This document shows, piece by piece, positions 43,914-51,996 of a stretch of 64,000 bases of DNA. The position numbers were made by a program, and so were the translations under genes. Each line of letters starts with the position of its first letter. Within the stretch, counting starts at the first letter, position 1. Source of the DNA: an uncultured archaeon (GTDB lineage: Archaea > Aenigmatarchaeota > Aenigmatarchaeia > Aenigmatarchaeales > Aenigmatarchaeaceae). The stretch is from contig CAYGBE010000214.1 of the NCBI GenBank assembly GCA_964348065.1, positions 66,572-130,571 of the forward strand. Reading direction: 5' to 3'. The notes below the pieces were generated by a model that did no database searches, had not been told where the DNA came from, and worked only from the letters and a program-made list of their open reading frames with translations.

Positions 43914-44897
43914 ATGTTAGAAAAGTTAGTAGAAACCGGGGAGAGACATAAGTTAACAAACACAGAAGAATTAGCAATTGTTGCAAGAGTTGAAGCAGCT
44001 TTATTAAAAGGAGCAAGAGATTATTTCATAAAAAATGAATTTATAGAAGTAAATGCACCTCATATAACTAAAGCAACAGGAGCATGCGAAAACATAGACA
44101 CTTTATTTGGTTTAGAATATTTTGGAATTCAAGGATACCTTAGTCAAACACAACAATTATATCTTGAAGCAATGATACCACAATTAAAGAAAGTTTGGTG
44201 TGTTGGACCAAGTTTTAGAGCAGAACCAGATGCAGATGAAAGACATTTAACAGAGTTCCCACTAATAGAAATGGAATTTGAGGGGAATTTTGAAGAACTT
44301 TTGAGATATATAGAAGGTACAATCTGTAGTATGGTAGAAGAGGTTTTAAAGGAAGAAAAACATCTTAAAAAAATAGGAGTTAATACAGAGAGATTAAAGA
44401 AGATAAAAGCACCATTCGGAAGAATGACATATGATGAAGCAATAAAAAAAGTTGGACTAAAATGGGGTAGTGATCTAAAAAGCAAGCATGAAAAGATGTT
44501 AGTAGAAATGAATGGAAACCAACCTTTGTTTATAACACACTTTCCTAAACCAATAAAGTTCTTTAACATGAGAGAAAACGATTTCAGATCTGAAATTGTT
44601 AATAGCACAGACTTAATTTTGCCCATAAGTGGGGAAGCAGTCGGAGCAGCAGAAAGAGAACATAGACATGATAAGCTTAAAGAAAGATTAGAAGCGTCAG
44701 AAATGATGAAAAAGTTAATTGAAAGGGGCGGGGGAGTAAAAGATTTTCAGTGGTATTTAGATTGTGTAAAAACAAATGGAATAAAATTACATTCTGGTTG
44801 TGGAATTGGATTAAACAGAGTTACACAATTTATTTTAGGGGCAAATGATATAAGAAAATGTTCTGTGTTTCCACTAAATTCACAAACAATGATGTAA
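43914..44897 (+). CDS. class II aaRS catalytic-core paralog without anticodon-binding domain (AsnRS-like asparagine synthetase A type)
   Basis: Motif 2 GPSFRAEPDADERHLTEFPLIEMEF and motif 3 GCGIGLNRVTQFILG. Only 327 aa with no N-terminal OB fold. Confidence 0.55.
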   Translation: MLEKLVETGERHKLTNTEELAIVARVEAALLKGARDYFIKNEFIEVNAPHITKATGACENIDTLFGLEYFGIQGYLSQTQQLYLEAMIPQLKKVWCVGPSFRAEPDADERHLTEFPLIEMEFEGNFEELLRYIEGTICSMVEEVLKEEKHLKKIGVNTERLKKIKAPFGRMTYDEAIKKVGLKWGSDLKSKHEKMLVEMNGNQPLFITHFPKPIKFFNMRENDFRSEIVNSTDLILPISGEAVGAAEREHRHDKLKERLEASEMMKKLIERGGGVKDFQWYLDCVKTNGIKLHSGCGIGLNRVTQFILGANDIRKCSVFPLNSQTMM

Positions 44898-45168
44898 AAA
44901 TTAGTTATCTAAGCGTTGTAAAAGAAGTTTGAACACAAAAAGAATCAAAAAATATAATTTATGTAATAAAATGAATAGAAAAAAAAGAATTGTAAAATAA
45001 TAAAAGAAAATGATAATTTAATAGAATTTTTTATTTAATTTTATTAAAAAATTGTTTTTTCTAAAAAATTGCAAAAAAAAGAAAAGTTTAAATATCATTA
45101 AATATTAAATTTAATTACGAATAATAATAAAAATTGTTCGTAATTTTAATTAAATGAGGTGTAAAAAA

Positions 45169-45246
45169 ATGGCTGCAAGAAGAAGAAGAGCAAAGAAAAA
45201 GACAAAAAAGAAAGCAACAAGAAAAAGAAGAAGAAGAAGAAGATAG
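45169..45246 (+). CDS. rpl41e: 25-aa Arg/Lys micro-ORF, candidate ribosomal protein eL41
   Basis: MAARRRRAKKKTKKKATRKRRRRRR preceded by a GAGGTG SD 7 nt upstream. Same length and composition as eL41 (25 aa, almost all R/K). Confidence 0.45.
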   Translation: MAARRRRAKKKTKKKATRKRRRRRR

Positions 45247-45404
45247 TTTTGGGACAGTGACCTGAGACAACGATGATGGTCTTTTTATATTTTTGTAATT
45301 TTCCCTTTTTTTCTTATTATTTAATAACTAATTCTAAGTTATTTACAACGTTTCTTAGAATATTTAAAAAGATTTATATAGAATAATCATTTATCAATTT
45401 GTAT

Positions 45405-45478
45405 GGGAAGGTAGCTCAGCCTGGGAGAGCGCACGGCTGAAGACCGTGCTGTCGTGGGTTCAAATCCCACCCTTCCCA
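45405..45478 (+). tRNA. tRNA-Phe (anticodon GAA)
   Basis: GGGAAGG/CCTTCCC acceptor, CACGG-CTGAAGA-CCGTG anticodon arm, GTGGG-TTCAAAT-CCCAC T-arm. Confidence 0.9.
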
Positions 45479-45559
45479 TATAATATAATTCTTTCTTACT
45501 GTTTCTATCAATTAACACTACAAAAGAATAAAAGTGTAATATTGTGAATTATTATTGGA

Positions 45560-45895
45560 ATGGGAAGAATTTCGGGTCCAAGTGAGAGTTTTTTAAGATC
45601 AAGAGTAAGAAACACAATTTTATATTTAGAGAAGTCTGTATGGGTACCTCCAGAAATACGGAATGATAAAAGATATAGTTGTATAGGACTTGAAAGAAAA
45701 GTTCATAAGGCTTTAGACATGCTAGGAGTAGAAGAGTGGATGCAAAGAAGATATTTCAGACTTCTGAGCAGATTAGATGACAGAAAAGTTCTAGATATGA
45801 ACAAAGCTGTAGTTTTAACTGCAATAGAAGAATTTGAAAGACTGGAAGCTCACAAATATTGTTTATTATCTAAAAGAAGAAAATGGAAAAAATAA
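45560..45895 (+). CDS. hypothetical basic protein
   Basis: 111-aa ORF. No motif recognised. Confidence 0.35.
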   Translation: MGRISGPSESFLRSRVRNTILYLEKSVWVPPEIRNDKRYSCIGLERKVHKALDMLGVEEWMQRRYFRLLSRLDDRKVLDMNKAVVLTAIEEFERLEAHKYCLLSKRRKWKK

Positions 45896-45929
45896 TCATT
45901 TTTTTAACCTTTAAAACCTAAATTTAATC

Positions 45930-46478
45930 ATGTTTCTTAGGATAGTTCCCGTAGGTACTTTACCTGGGAGAATTGTTGAAATAGTTAAAAGCGAATTAGA
46001 GAATTTAAACATAAAATGTAGGATAATGCCTAAATTAGAAGTTCCACAAAACGCTTTCAACCGTTGGAGAAAACAATATAATGCTGAAATAGTTATGGGT
46101 TCTCTTTCTAAAGCATCAGAAGTAAAATTCATTGACAAAAGTATTCCTAGTTTAATGATAACAGATGTAGATTTGTATTATGGGGGATTAAATTTTGTTT
46201 TTGGATTAGAAGATCCTACAAAAAGTTGTGCTATTGTTTCTTTGGCTAGACTAAGACCTGAGTTCTATGATGAAAGATCCAACAGAAGTCTTTTAGAAGA
46301 AAGAGTTGCTAAAGAAGTTATACATGAAATAGGACATTACTTGGGTTTAGACCATTGTATTAATATAAATTGTGTTATGAGTTTTTCACCTTCTGTTTAT
46401 GATGTTGATAAGAAAACTAAGAGATTTTGTGAAAATTGTAAGGTTAAATTAATGGCTAAGGGAATAAGTTTAGGGTGA
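45930..46478 (+). CDS. amzA: archaemetzincin (zinc metallopeptidase AmzA family)
   Basis: HEIGHYLGLDHCININCVM...FCENC matches the HExxHxxGxxxCxxxxCxM...CxxC archaemetzincin signature. Confidence 0.85.
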   Translation: MFLRIVPVGTLPGRIVEIVKSELENLNIKCRIMPKLEVPQNAFNRWRKQYNAEIVMGSLSKASEVKFIDKSIPSLMITDVDLYYGGLNFVFGLEDPTKSCAIVSLARLRPEFYDERSNRSLLEERVAKEVIHEIGHYLGLDHCININCVMSFSPSVYDVDKKTKRFCENCKVKLMAKGISLG

Positions 46479-46482
46479 AAAT

Positions 46483-47049
46483 TTGGATATTAAAGAAGAA
46501 TCTAGAAAATTAGCTATAGAATTTAGTGAAAAATACGGAATACCGTCTTTTGAAGGCACAGAAGTAGCTGTTAAAAAAGGTTTGGAAATGGCGAAAAAAT
46601 TAGGAGCCGATGAAAGAATCGTAACTGTGAGTTGTTATTTAATGGACAATGGACTTGGTGAAGCTCGTAAAAGGGGAAATATGAAGGAACATGTTAAAAT
46701 TAGTATAGAAAACGCTAAGAACTTTTTAGAAAGATTTGATTTATCAAAAGAAGATAAGAAAAAAATAATTAATTCTATAGAAGCTCATCATGGGGAAATA
46801 AAACATATTTGTATAGAAAGTGAAATTGTAAAAAATGCAGATAATTTTAGATTTCTAGACTTAAAACGCTTTATTGGAGAAATTTATGAGGGATCTAACA
46901 AGGGAATGAGTCTTAAAGAAATAATAAAATTTTTAAATAGAAAAGTTGAAGAAAAACATAATCTTGTGACATTAGACGTATGTAGAGAAGAAGCAGAAGA
47001 AAATTATAAGATAATAAAAAATCTCTTAGATAGAGTGAATTTAAGGTAA
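46483..47049 (+). CDS. HD-domain phosphohydrolase
   Basis: TTG start. Helical HD-fold pattern with ...IEAHHGE... and NADNFRFLD. Confidence 0.5.
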   Translation: MDIKEESRKLAIEFSEKYGIPSFEGTEVAVKKGLEMAKKLGADERIVTVSCYLMDNGLGEARKRGNMKEHVKISIENAKNFLERFDLSKEDKKKIINSIEAHHGEIKHICIESEIVKNADNFRFLDLKRFIGEIYEGSNKGMSLKEIIKFLNRKVEEKHNLVTLDVCREEAEENYKIIKNLLDRVNLR

Positions 47050-47053
47050 AAAA

Positions 47054-47941
47054 ATGGAAAAAATAGAAAAAGTTCTAGAAGAACTAGTAAAATTATTTAG
47101 AAAATGGGGAATTGGTACTAATGATTTCTTTTTAGCAGGTAGATATGCGTATGTTTTACTAGGTTATCCTATAAGAATCAGAAAAGGTCATTTAAATATA
47201 AATGTAAATAAAAACAAGTTATCTTGGAAAATTGATGAGCTTGTTGAAGCCATGCCTCCAAAAGATTCTAAAGAACTAGATGATTATCATGAATTCATTA
47301 AATTAACAGGATTTGAATTTGATATAGTTCCGATGAATGAAAATGATACAGCAAAACTTATAAAAGAAACAATTATCCATAATCTTCCAAATGGCAATAA
47401 AATAAGAGTAATAAAACACTTAGCTAATATAAAATATTTTGACCACGTAATTAATCATGCTATCAAAAAAGGTAATATAGAAAAGGCTAGAAGATTAGTT
47501 GGGGAAATAGATGGTCGTAAAAAAGTTTTTATTGAAAAAAATAATAGAGATGCTGCCAACTTTTGTGATATTTTATTAAAAAAATACAGTTATCTGAGAG
47601 AAGAAATGGCTCTTATTAATAACAATGAAGTTAGAGGAAATGTTGCCTATAAAGGAAATGTTAAAGGTTTTGCAAGAGTTATTCTGGATCCAGATGATGC
47701 ATCATCTTTAAAAAATAATGAAATTTTAGTAACAAAAATGACATCTCCTAAGTTTACAATTTTTATTTCTAGGGCAAAAGCAATTGTGACAGATGAAGGT
47801 GGGACACTTTGTCATGCTTCTATCATAGCAAGAGAGCATGGCATCCCTTGTATAACTGGCACCAAATTTGCAACTAAGATTTTTAAAACAGGAGATCAAT
47901 TAGAAATTGATGGAGATATAGGGATAGTTAAAAAGATTTAA
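47054..47941 (+). CDS. protein with C-terminal PEP-utilising-enzyme mobile (phosphohistidine swivel) domain
   Basis: GNVKGFARVI...ILVTKMTSPKFTIFISRAKAIVTDEGGTLCHASIIAREHGIPCITG matches the swivel-domain pattern including the His. The N-terminal ~190 aa is unassigned. Confidence 0.6.
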   Translation: MEKIEKVLEELVKLFRKWGIGTNDFFLAGRYAYVLLGYPIRIRKGHLNINVNKNKLSWKIDELVEAMPPKDSKELDDYHEFIKLTGFEFDIVPMNENDTAKLIKETIIHNLPNGNKIRVIKHLANIKYFDHVINHAIKKGNIEKARRLVGEIDGRKKVFIEKNNRDAANFCDILLKKYSYLREEMALINNNEVRGNVAYKGNVKGFARVILDPDDASSLKNNEILVTKMTSPKFTIFISRAKAIVTDEGGTLCHASIIAREHGIPCITGTKFATKIFKTGDQLEIDGDIGIVKKI

Positions 47942-47972
47942 TTTTTAAATAGAGTAAATATATAGTGATTAT

Positions 47973-48509
47973 ATGATAAAGGCTGAACTTCAAGAGGACA
48001 AAGTAATAATTTGGGACAAGAAAGATGCTAAAGATATATTTGGAAGTGGATGGTTTGGAGAGTTATTAGAAGATAGATTAGAATTGGCTTTAGTTGAGGC
48101 TGCCCTATTACTAGAAAGAAAGAGAATTGAAATAAAAGAAGACAAGAAAAAAATAACTTTCAAGAAACTCTTTAAACATGCTAAAAAAATAGACAAAAGA
48201 TTTCACATAAGATATACTGTTTACAAAAACCTAAGAGAAAGGGGATTACCAGTAAGAACTGGTTTTAAGTTTGGTTGTGATTTTAGAGTTTATGAAAGGG
48301 GAGTAAAACCAATTAAAAAGGGTCCAAAAGCACCACATGAACACACAAAATGGATAGTTTTTTGTATTTCCGAGGACTACACTTGCTCCTTCCAAGAATT
48401 ATCAAGAGCAGTTAGATTGGCACATAATATTAGATCAAACATGCTTTGGGCTGTTGTTGATAATGAAGGGGATGTAACATACTATAGTGTTACTTACATG
48501 AGCCTATAG
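47973..48509 (+). CDS. endA: tRNA-splicing endonuclease (EndA)
   Basis: YTVYKNLRERGLPVRTGFKFGCDFRVYERG...HTKWIVFCISED...LSRAVRLAHNIRSNMLWAVVD carries the catalytic Y/H/K context. 178 aa is the homotetramer-type size. Confidence 0.85.
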   Translation: MIKAELQEDKVIIWDKKDAKDIFGSGWFGELLEDRLELALVEAALLLERKRIEIKEDKKKITFKKLFKHAKKIDKRFHIRYTVYKNLRERGLPVRTGFKFGCDFRVYERGVKPIKKGPKAPHEHTKWIVFCISEDYTCSFQELSRAVRLAHNIRSNMLWAVVDNEGDVTYYSVTYMSL

Positions 48510-48520
48510 GAGGTTTTAAA

Positions 48521-49660
48521 ATGTTTATAAAAGACATAATGACAAAAAAATTTATTTCTATAAATCCTGAAGCAAATCTAACAAAATTGATTTCTTTAAT
48601 TGAAAAATACCATTTTAGACAAATTTTAGTATGTGAAAGAAAAAAACTAAAGGGTATTATTTATTCTAAAGATTTGGCAAAAAAAGGAATTAGAAGTCCT
48701 GAAAAAACAAAAGTTAGCTCACTTATGAAATTTCCACCACCAACACTTTCTCCTCAAGGCAAAATAAATGAAGCTGCAAAACTAATGATAAAAACAGGCT
48801 TAAGAGCATTACCTGTTATTGAAAATAAAAAGGTAGTTGGAATAGTTTCTATGCTTGATATAATTAAAGCGGCTTCAAAAATGAAAGAATTCAGGCAAAC
48901 AACAGCAGAAAGTATAATGTCTATTCCAGAACTAATAACTATTGATGATGATATAGGAAGGGCAAGAGTCCTAATGCGAGAAAAAAACATATCCAGACTT
49001 CCTGTTATTGATGAAAATAAAAAATTATGTGGGATTGTGACAATTTTTGATTTGCTAAAGGCTGTTAAGCCTAAAGATAGAATAGATTTTTACTCTATGG
49101 CTGCTGAAAAAGAAACATTAATGAAAATACCTGTTTCAACTATTTTAAATAGTTCTCCATTAGTTGTTGAAAGAACTGCAACCTTAAATGAAATTGTAAA
49201 TTTGATGGGCAAACATAAGAAAGACGGAGTTATTGTGGAACAAAATAAATTTCCAGTTGGTGTAATAGCAGCAAAAGATTTATTAGAATTTTATGTTTCT
49301 GGTTTAGAACAAAAAGGCATTTATTATGATATTGTTGGCCTGGTAGATGAAGACGAATTCATAGTTGCAACAGTAGACAGAATGATTAGAGACACTATAC
49401 AAAAAGTATCTAAAATTTATAAACCACAACATTTCTTCTTACATATAAAAAGATATGATAAAACAGGAAAAGTAAAATATTCGATAAGAACTAGGCTTTT
49501 AACCAATACTGGAACTTTTGTAAGCAAAGCCCATGCTTGGGACTTAAGAACTGCTGCTGATAGGGCATTAGAAAAGTTACAACGTATAATATTTAAAGAA
49601 AAACAAGTGGGAAAAGATAGAATAAGAGAAAGATTAAGATTTAAAAAACTAACAAGATAA
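48521..49660 (+). CDS. four-CBS-domain protein with HPF/RaiA-like C-terminal domain
   Basis: Four CBS repeats (e.g. VKDIMTKKFISI, LPVIENKKVVGIVSMLDII, LPVIDENKKLCGIVTIFDLL, DGVIVEQNKFPVGVIAAKDLL). The last ~110 aa is FIVATVDRMIRDTIQKVSKIY..HFFLHIKRYDKTGKVKYSIRTRLLTNTGTFVSKAHAWDLRTAADRALEKLQRIIFKEK, which follows the beta-alpha-beta-beta-beta-alpha pattern of ribosome hibernation factors. Confidence 0.55.
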   Translation: MFIKDIMTKKFISINPEANLTKLISLIEKYHFRQILVCERKKLKGIIYSKDLAKKGIRSPEKTKVSSLMKFPPPTLSPQGKINEAAKLMIKTGLRALPVIENKKVVGIVSMLDIIKAASKMKEFRQTTAESIMSIPELITIDDDIGRARVLMREKNISRLPVIDENKKLCGIVTIFDLLKAVKPKDRIDFYSMAAEKETLMKIPVSTILNSSPLVVERTATLNEIVNLMGKHKKDGVIVEQNKFPVGVIAAKDLLEFYVSGLEQKGIYYDIVGLVDEDEFIVATVDRMIRDTIQKVSKIYKPQHFFLHIKRYDKTGKVKYSIRTRLLTNTGTFVSKAHAWDLRTAADRALEKLQRIIFKEKQVGKDRIRERLRFKKLTR

Positions 49661-49679
49661 TATGTTATTGGTGAGTTAA

Positions 49680-49811
49680 ATCCAAACCTACTGTGATCGT
49701 TGCAAGAAAACAGTTAAGCAAGTTGGTAGATTAACTAATGTCAAATGGAAGGGCGTTAACTTAAAATTATGTAAAAATTGTAGAAAAAGATTAAAAATCA
49801 GGGTTAGGTAA
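49680..49811 (+). CDS. possible 43-aa zinc-ribbon micro-protein (no canonical start)
   Basis: Open frame IQTYCDRCKKTVKQVGRLTNVKWKGVNLKLCKNCRKRLKIRVR (CxxC-x21-CxxC) between convergent genes. The frame opens directly after a TAA with ATC and contains no ATG/GTG/TTG. Confidence 0.25.
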   Translation: MQTYCDRCKKTVKQVGRLTNVKWKGVNLKLCKNCRKRLKIRVR

Positions 49812-50432
49812 TCACAACCACTCATCTTCCCATTTTCTGAATTCTCTTTCACTAATATTTGCTTTAGGTTTTTTCTTTATTCTAGTTTCTCCGTATTTTT
49901 TTCTCAAATAAAGACCGTATATTACACCAAAAGCTAAGCCAAACAAATGAGCTGCGTATGCAATATTGCTAATTGGTACAAAAAAACCTAAAAGATCAAA
50001 AATAGCCCATAGAGATACAGCAACTACTAGTGGCATTGGAACTCCTAAACCCATGTAAACAGTCATTCTAGGTCTTAGCACAGCTAATGTTCCAAAAATT
50101 CCATAAATTGCTCCAGAAGCTCCTAGTGAGGCATTATAAAATATAAAACTTCCTATTCCGCCTATTATTCCTGAAATAAAGAAAACGAGCAAAAATTTCT
50201 TTCCACCTATTATTTTTTCTAAAACAGAGCCAAACAAAGCTAAGGCAAACATATTATAAAATATATGCATAAAATCTCCGTGAAGAAAAATATAAGTTAT
50301 AATTGTCCATGGTTTAAATAAAAAATTTGAAGAAATTAAAAATTCTTCTGTTATCCAAGGAAAAGTAAGTTGTAAAATAAAAACTATTACACAAATTATA
50401 ACAAGTTTAAATGCATACCAATTATATTTCAT
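49812..50432 (-). CDS. rhomboid-family intramembrane serine protease
   Basis: HGDFMHIFYNM, GASGAIYGIFG (catalytic Ser) and AHLFGLAFG (catalytic His), with 6 TM helices. Confidence 0.85.
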   Translation of the reverse strand: MKYNWYAFKLVIICVIVFILQLTFPWITEEFLISSNFLFKPWTIITYIFLHGDFMHIFYNMFALALFGSVLEKIIGGKKFLLVFFISGIIGGIGSFIFYNASLGASGAIYGIFGTLAVLRPRMTVYMGLGVPMPLVVAVSLWAIFDLLGFFVPISNIAYAAHLFGLAFGVIYGLYLRKKYGETRIKKKPKANISEREFRKWEDEWL

Positions 50433-50459
50433 TTAACTGCCTGTTGAAGTAGTGAACAC

Positions 50460-51944
50460 CTAAGAAAATATATTTTTATAAATAATTTTAACCAAATCTT
50501 CAATTTTTGCTCTATCTTGTTTTGTAGTGTCTCTGTATCTCAATGTAACAGTATTATTTTCCATAGTATCATAATCAATTGTTATACCAAAAGGTATTCC
50601 AGCTTCATCTGCTCTTGCATATCTTCTTCCTATAGAACCTTTATCATCATAAAAAACATCAAAATATTTATTTAATAACTCAAAAATTTTCTTAGCTTTT
50701 TCTTGCAAACCATCTTTATTAACTAAAGGAAAGACTCCAACAGAATAAGGAGCTATGGCTGGAGGAAATGCAAACCATTCCCAACCCCTATCTTTACCAT
50801 CTCTATAACAATAAAGCAAAATACCGTAAATTGGTCTTTCAATTCCAAAAGAAGGCTCAACAACATGTGGCACAACTTTAGTTCCATCATCTAATGCTAC
50901 TGATAGGTCAACACCAGACATTTTCATATGATTTTTTAAATCATGATCTGTTCTGTAAGCATTACCAACTGTTTCTTTCCATCCAAAATCAAATTTTATT
51001 TCTAAATCAAAATTTCCTTTTGAATAATGTGGTGTTTCTTCAGGTAACATGTGTCTAAACCTAATTGCTTCAGGTGGTAATCCTAATAATTGAAAGAATA
51101 TAGTCTCTTTGGCCAAAAAATAAGCTAAACTCTGATTGGGAACTATTCCATTTTTAACAGCTTCTTTTGCTGTTAAAACTATTTCTTTTGAATTCGTTTT
51201 TTGGGCTTCTCTTGTTAAAATTCTTAATTTAACATCTTTTATTTTTTCAAATTTTGGATGTTTATCTATTTCTTTAGGGTCTACAAACCATTCAATTTCC
51301 ATTTGATTAAAGGCTCTTAATCTAAATAAAAACTGTCTTGGAGATATTTCATTTCTAAAAGAAGAACCAACTTGCGCAACTCCAAAAGGTAGTTTTGCTC
51401 GGGTTGCAACTAATATTCTTTTAAAGTTAGTAAAAATACCTTGGGCTGTTTCAGGTCTTAAATATGCTATCTCATTTTCTGTTGGCGAGAGAAAGGTTTT
51501 GAGCATTAGATTGAATATTTTTACTTTTGATAAATCTCCTTTGCATTTAGGGCACTCTATGTTTTTTTCTTCGATTATTTTGGTCAACTCTTCGGTTTTT
51601 TTACCTTCAACAAATTCTTTAGTTGTTTCTTCGATCAGGTTATCGGCCCTAAAAATGCTATTACATTTTTTACACTGAGTAACAGGATCTATAAAGCTTT
51701 TTAAATGACCAGAAGCTTCAAAAACTTTTTCAGGTTGAATTATGCTTGTTTCAATTTCAAAAATATTATCTGGTTTTACAAAAAAGTTTCTCCACCTCTC
51801 AATTAGCTTTCTTTTTAATAACAAACCTAGGGGTCCATAATCAAACATCCCGCTTGTACCACCATAAATCTCAGAAGACTGCCAAAAAAAACCCCTTCTT
51901 TTAGCTAAATCAATGAAACTTTTAGCATTTTTATTCTTTTCCAT
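50460..51944 (-). CDS. glyS: glycine--tRNA ligase (archaeal/eukaryotic-type homodimeric GlyRS)
   Basis: RRGFFWQSSEIYGGTSGMFDYGPLG, YLRPETAQGIF, FRNEISPR and SFGIERP motifs. Confidence 0.9.
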   Translation of the reverse strand: MEKNKNAKSFIDLAKRRGFFWQSSEIYGGTSGMFDYGPLGLLLKRKLIERWRNFFVKPDNIFEIETSIIQPEKVFEASGHLKSFIDPVTQCKKCNSIFRADNLIEETTKEFVEGKKTEELTKIIEEKNIECPKCKGDLSKVKIFNLMLKTFLSPTENEIAYLRPETAQGIFTNFKRILVATRAKLPFGVAQVGSSFRNEISPRQFLFRLRAFNQMEIEWFVDPKEIDKHPKFEKIKDVKLRILTREAQKTNSKEIVLTAKEAVKNGIVPNQSLAYFLAKETIFFQLLGLPPEAIRFRHMLPEETPHYSKGNFDLEIKFDFGWKETVGNAYRTDHDLKNHMKMSGVDLSVALDDGTKVVPHVVEPSFGIERPIYGILLYCYRDGKDRGWEWFAFPPAIAPYSVGVFPLVNKDGLQEKAKKIFELLNKYFDVFYDDKGSIGRRYARADEAGIPFGITIDYDTMENNTVTLRYRDTTKQDRAKIEDLVKIIYKNIFS

Positions 51945-51996
51945 AATAACCCTTTGTTAGTTCAAATATAAATAAAATCTGTATGAAATATTTTAT

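Noticed and set aside
44144-44626. 160-aa minus-strand ORF inside the AsnRS-like gene, and the 152-aa minus-strand ORF 54109-54567 inside pheS
   Set aside because: Both are antisense to genes with clear class II synthetase motifs. Their F/S/L/I-rich translations are the expected mirror of K/E-rich sense sequence in an AT-rich genome.
45247-45300. Possible C/D box sRNA downstream of the micro-ORF (CTGA and GATGATG strings)
   Set aside because: The box order is wrong (the D-like CTGA precedes the C-like element). The C box is imperfect (TGATGG, not TGATGA), and no terminal stem or C'/D' pair is visible. More likely it is a weak GACC/GGTC hairpin plus T-run terminator.
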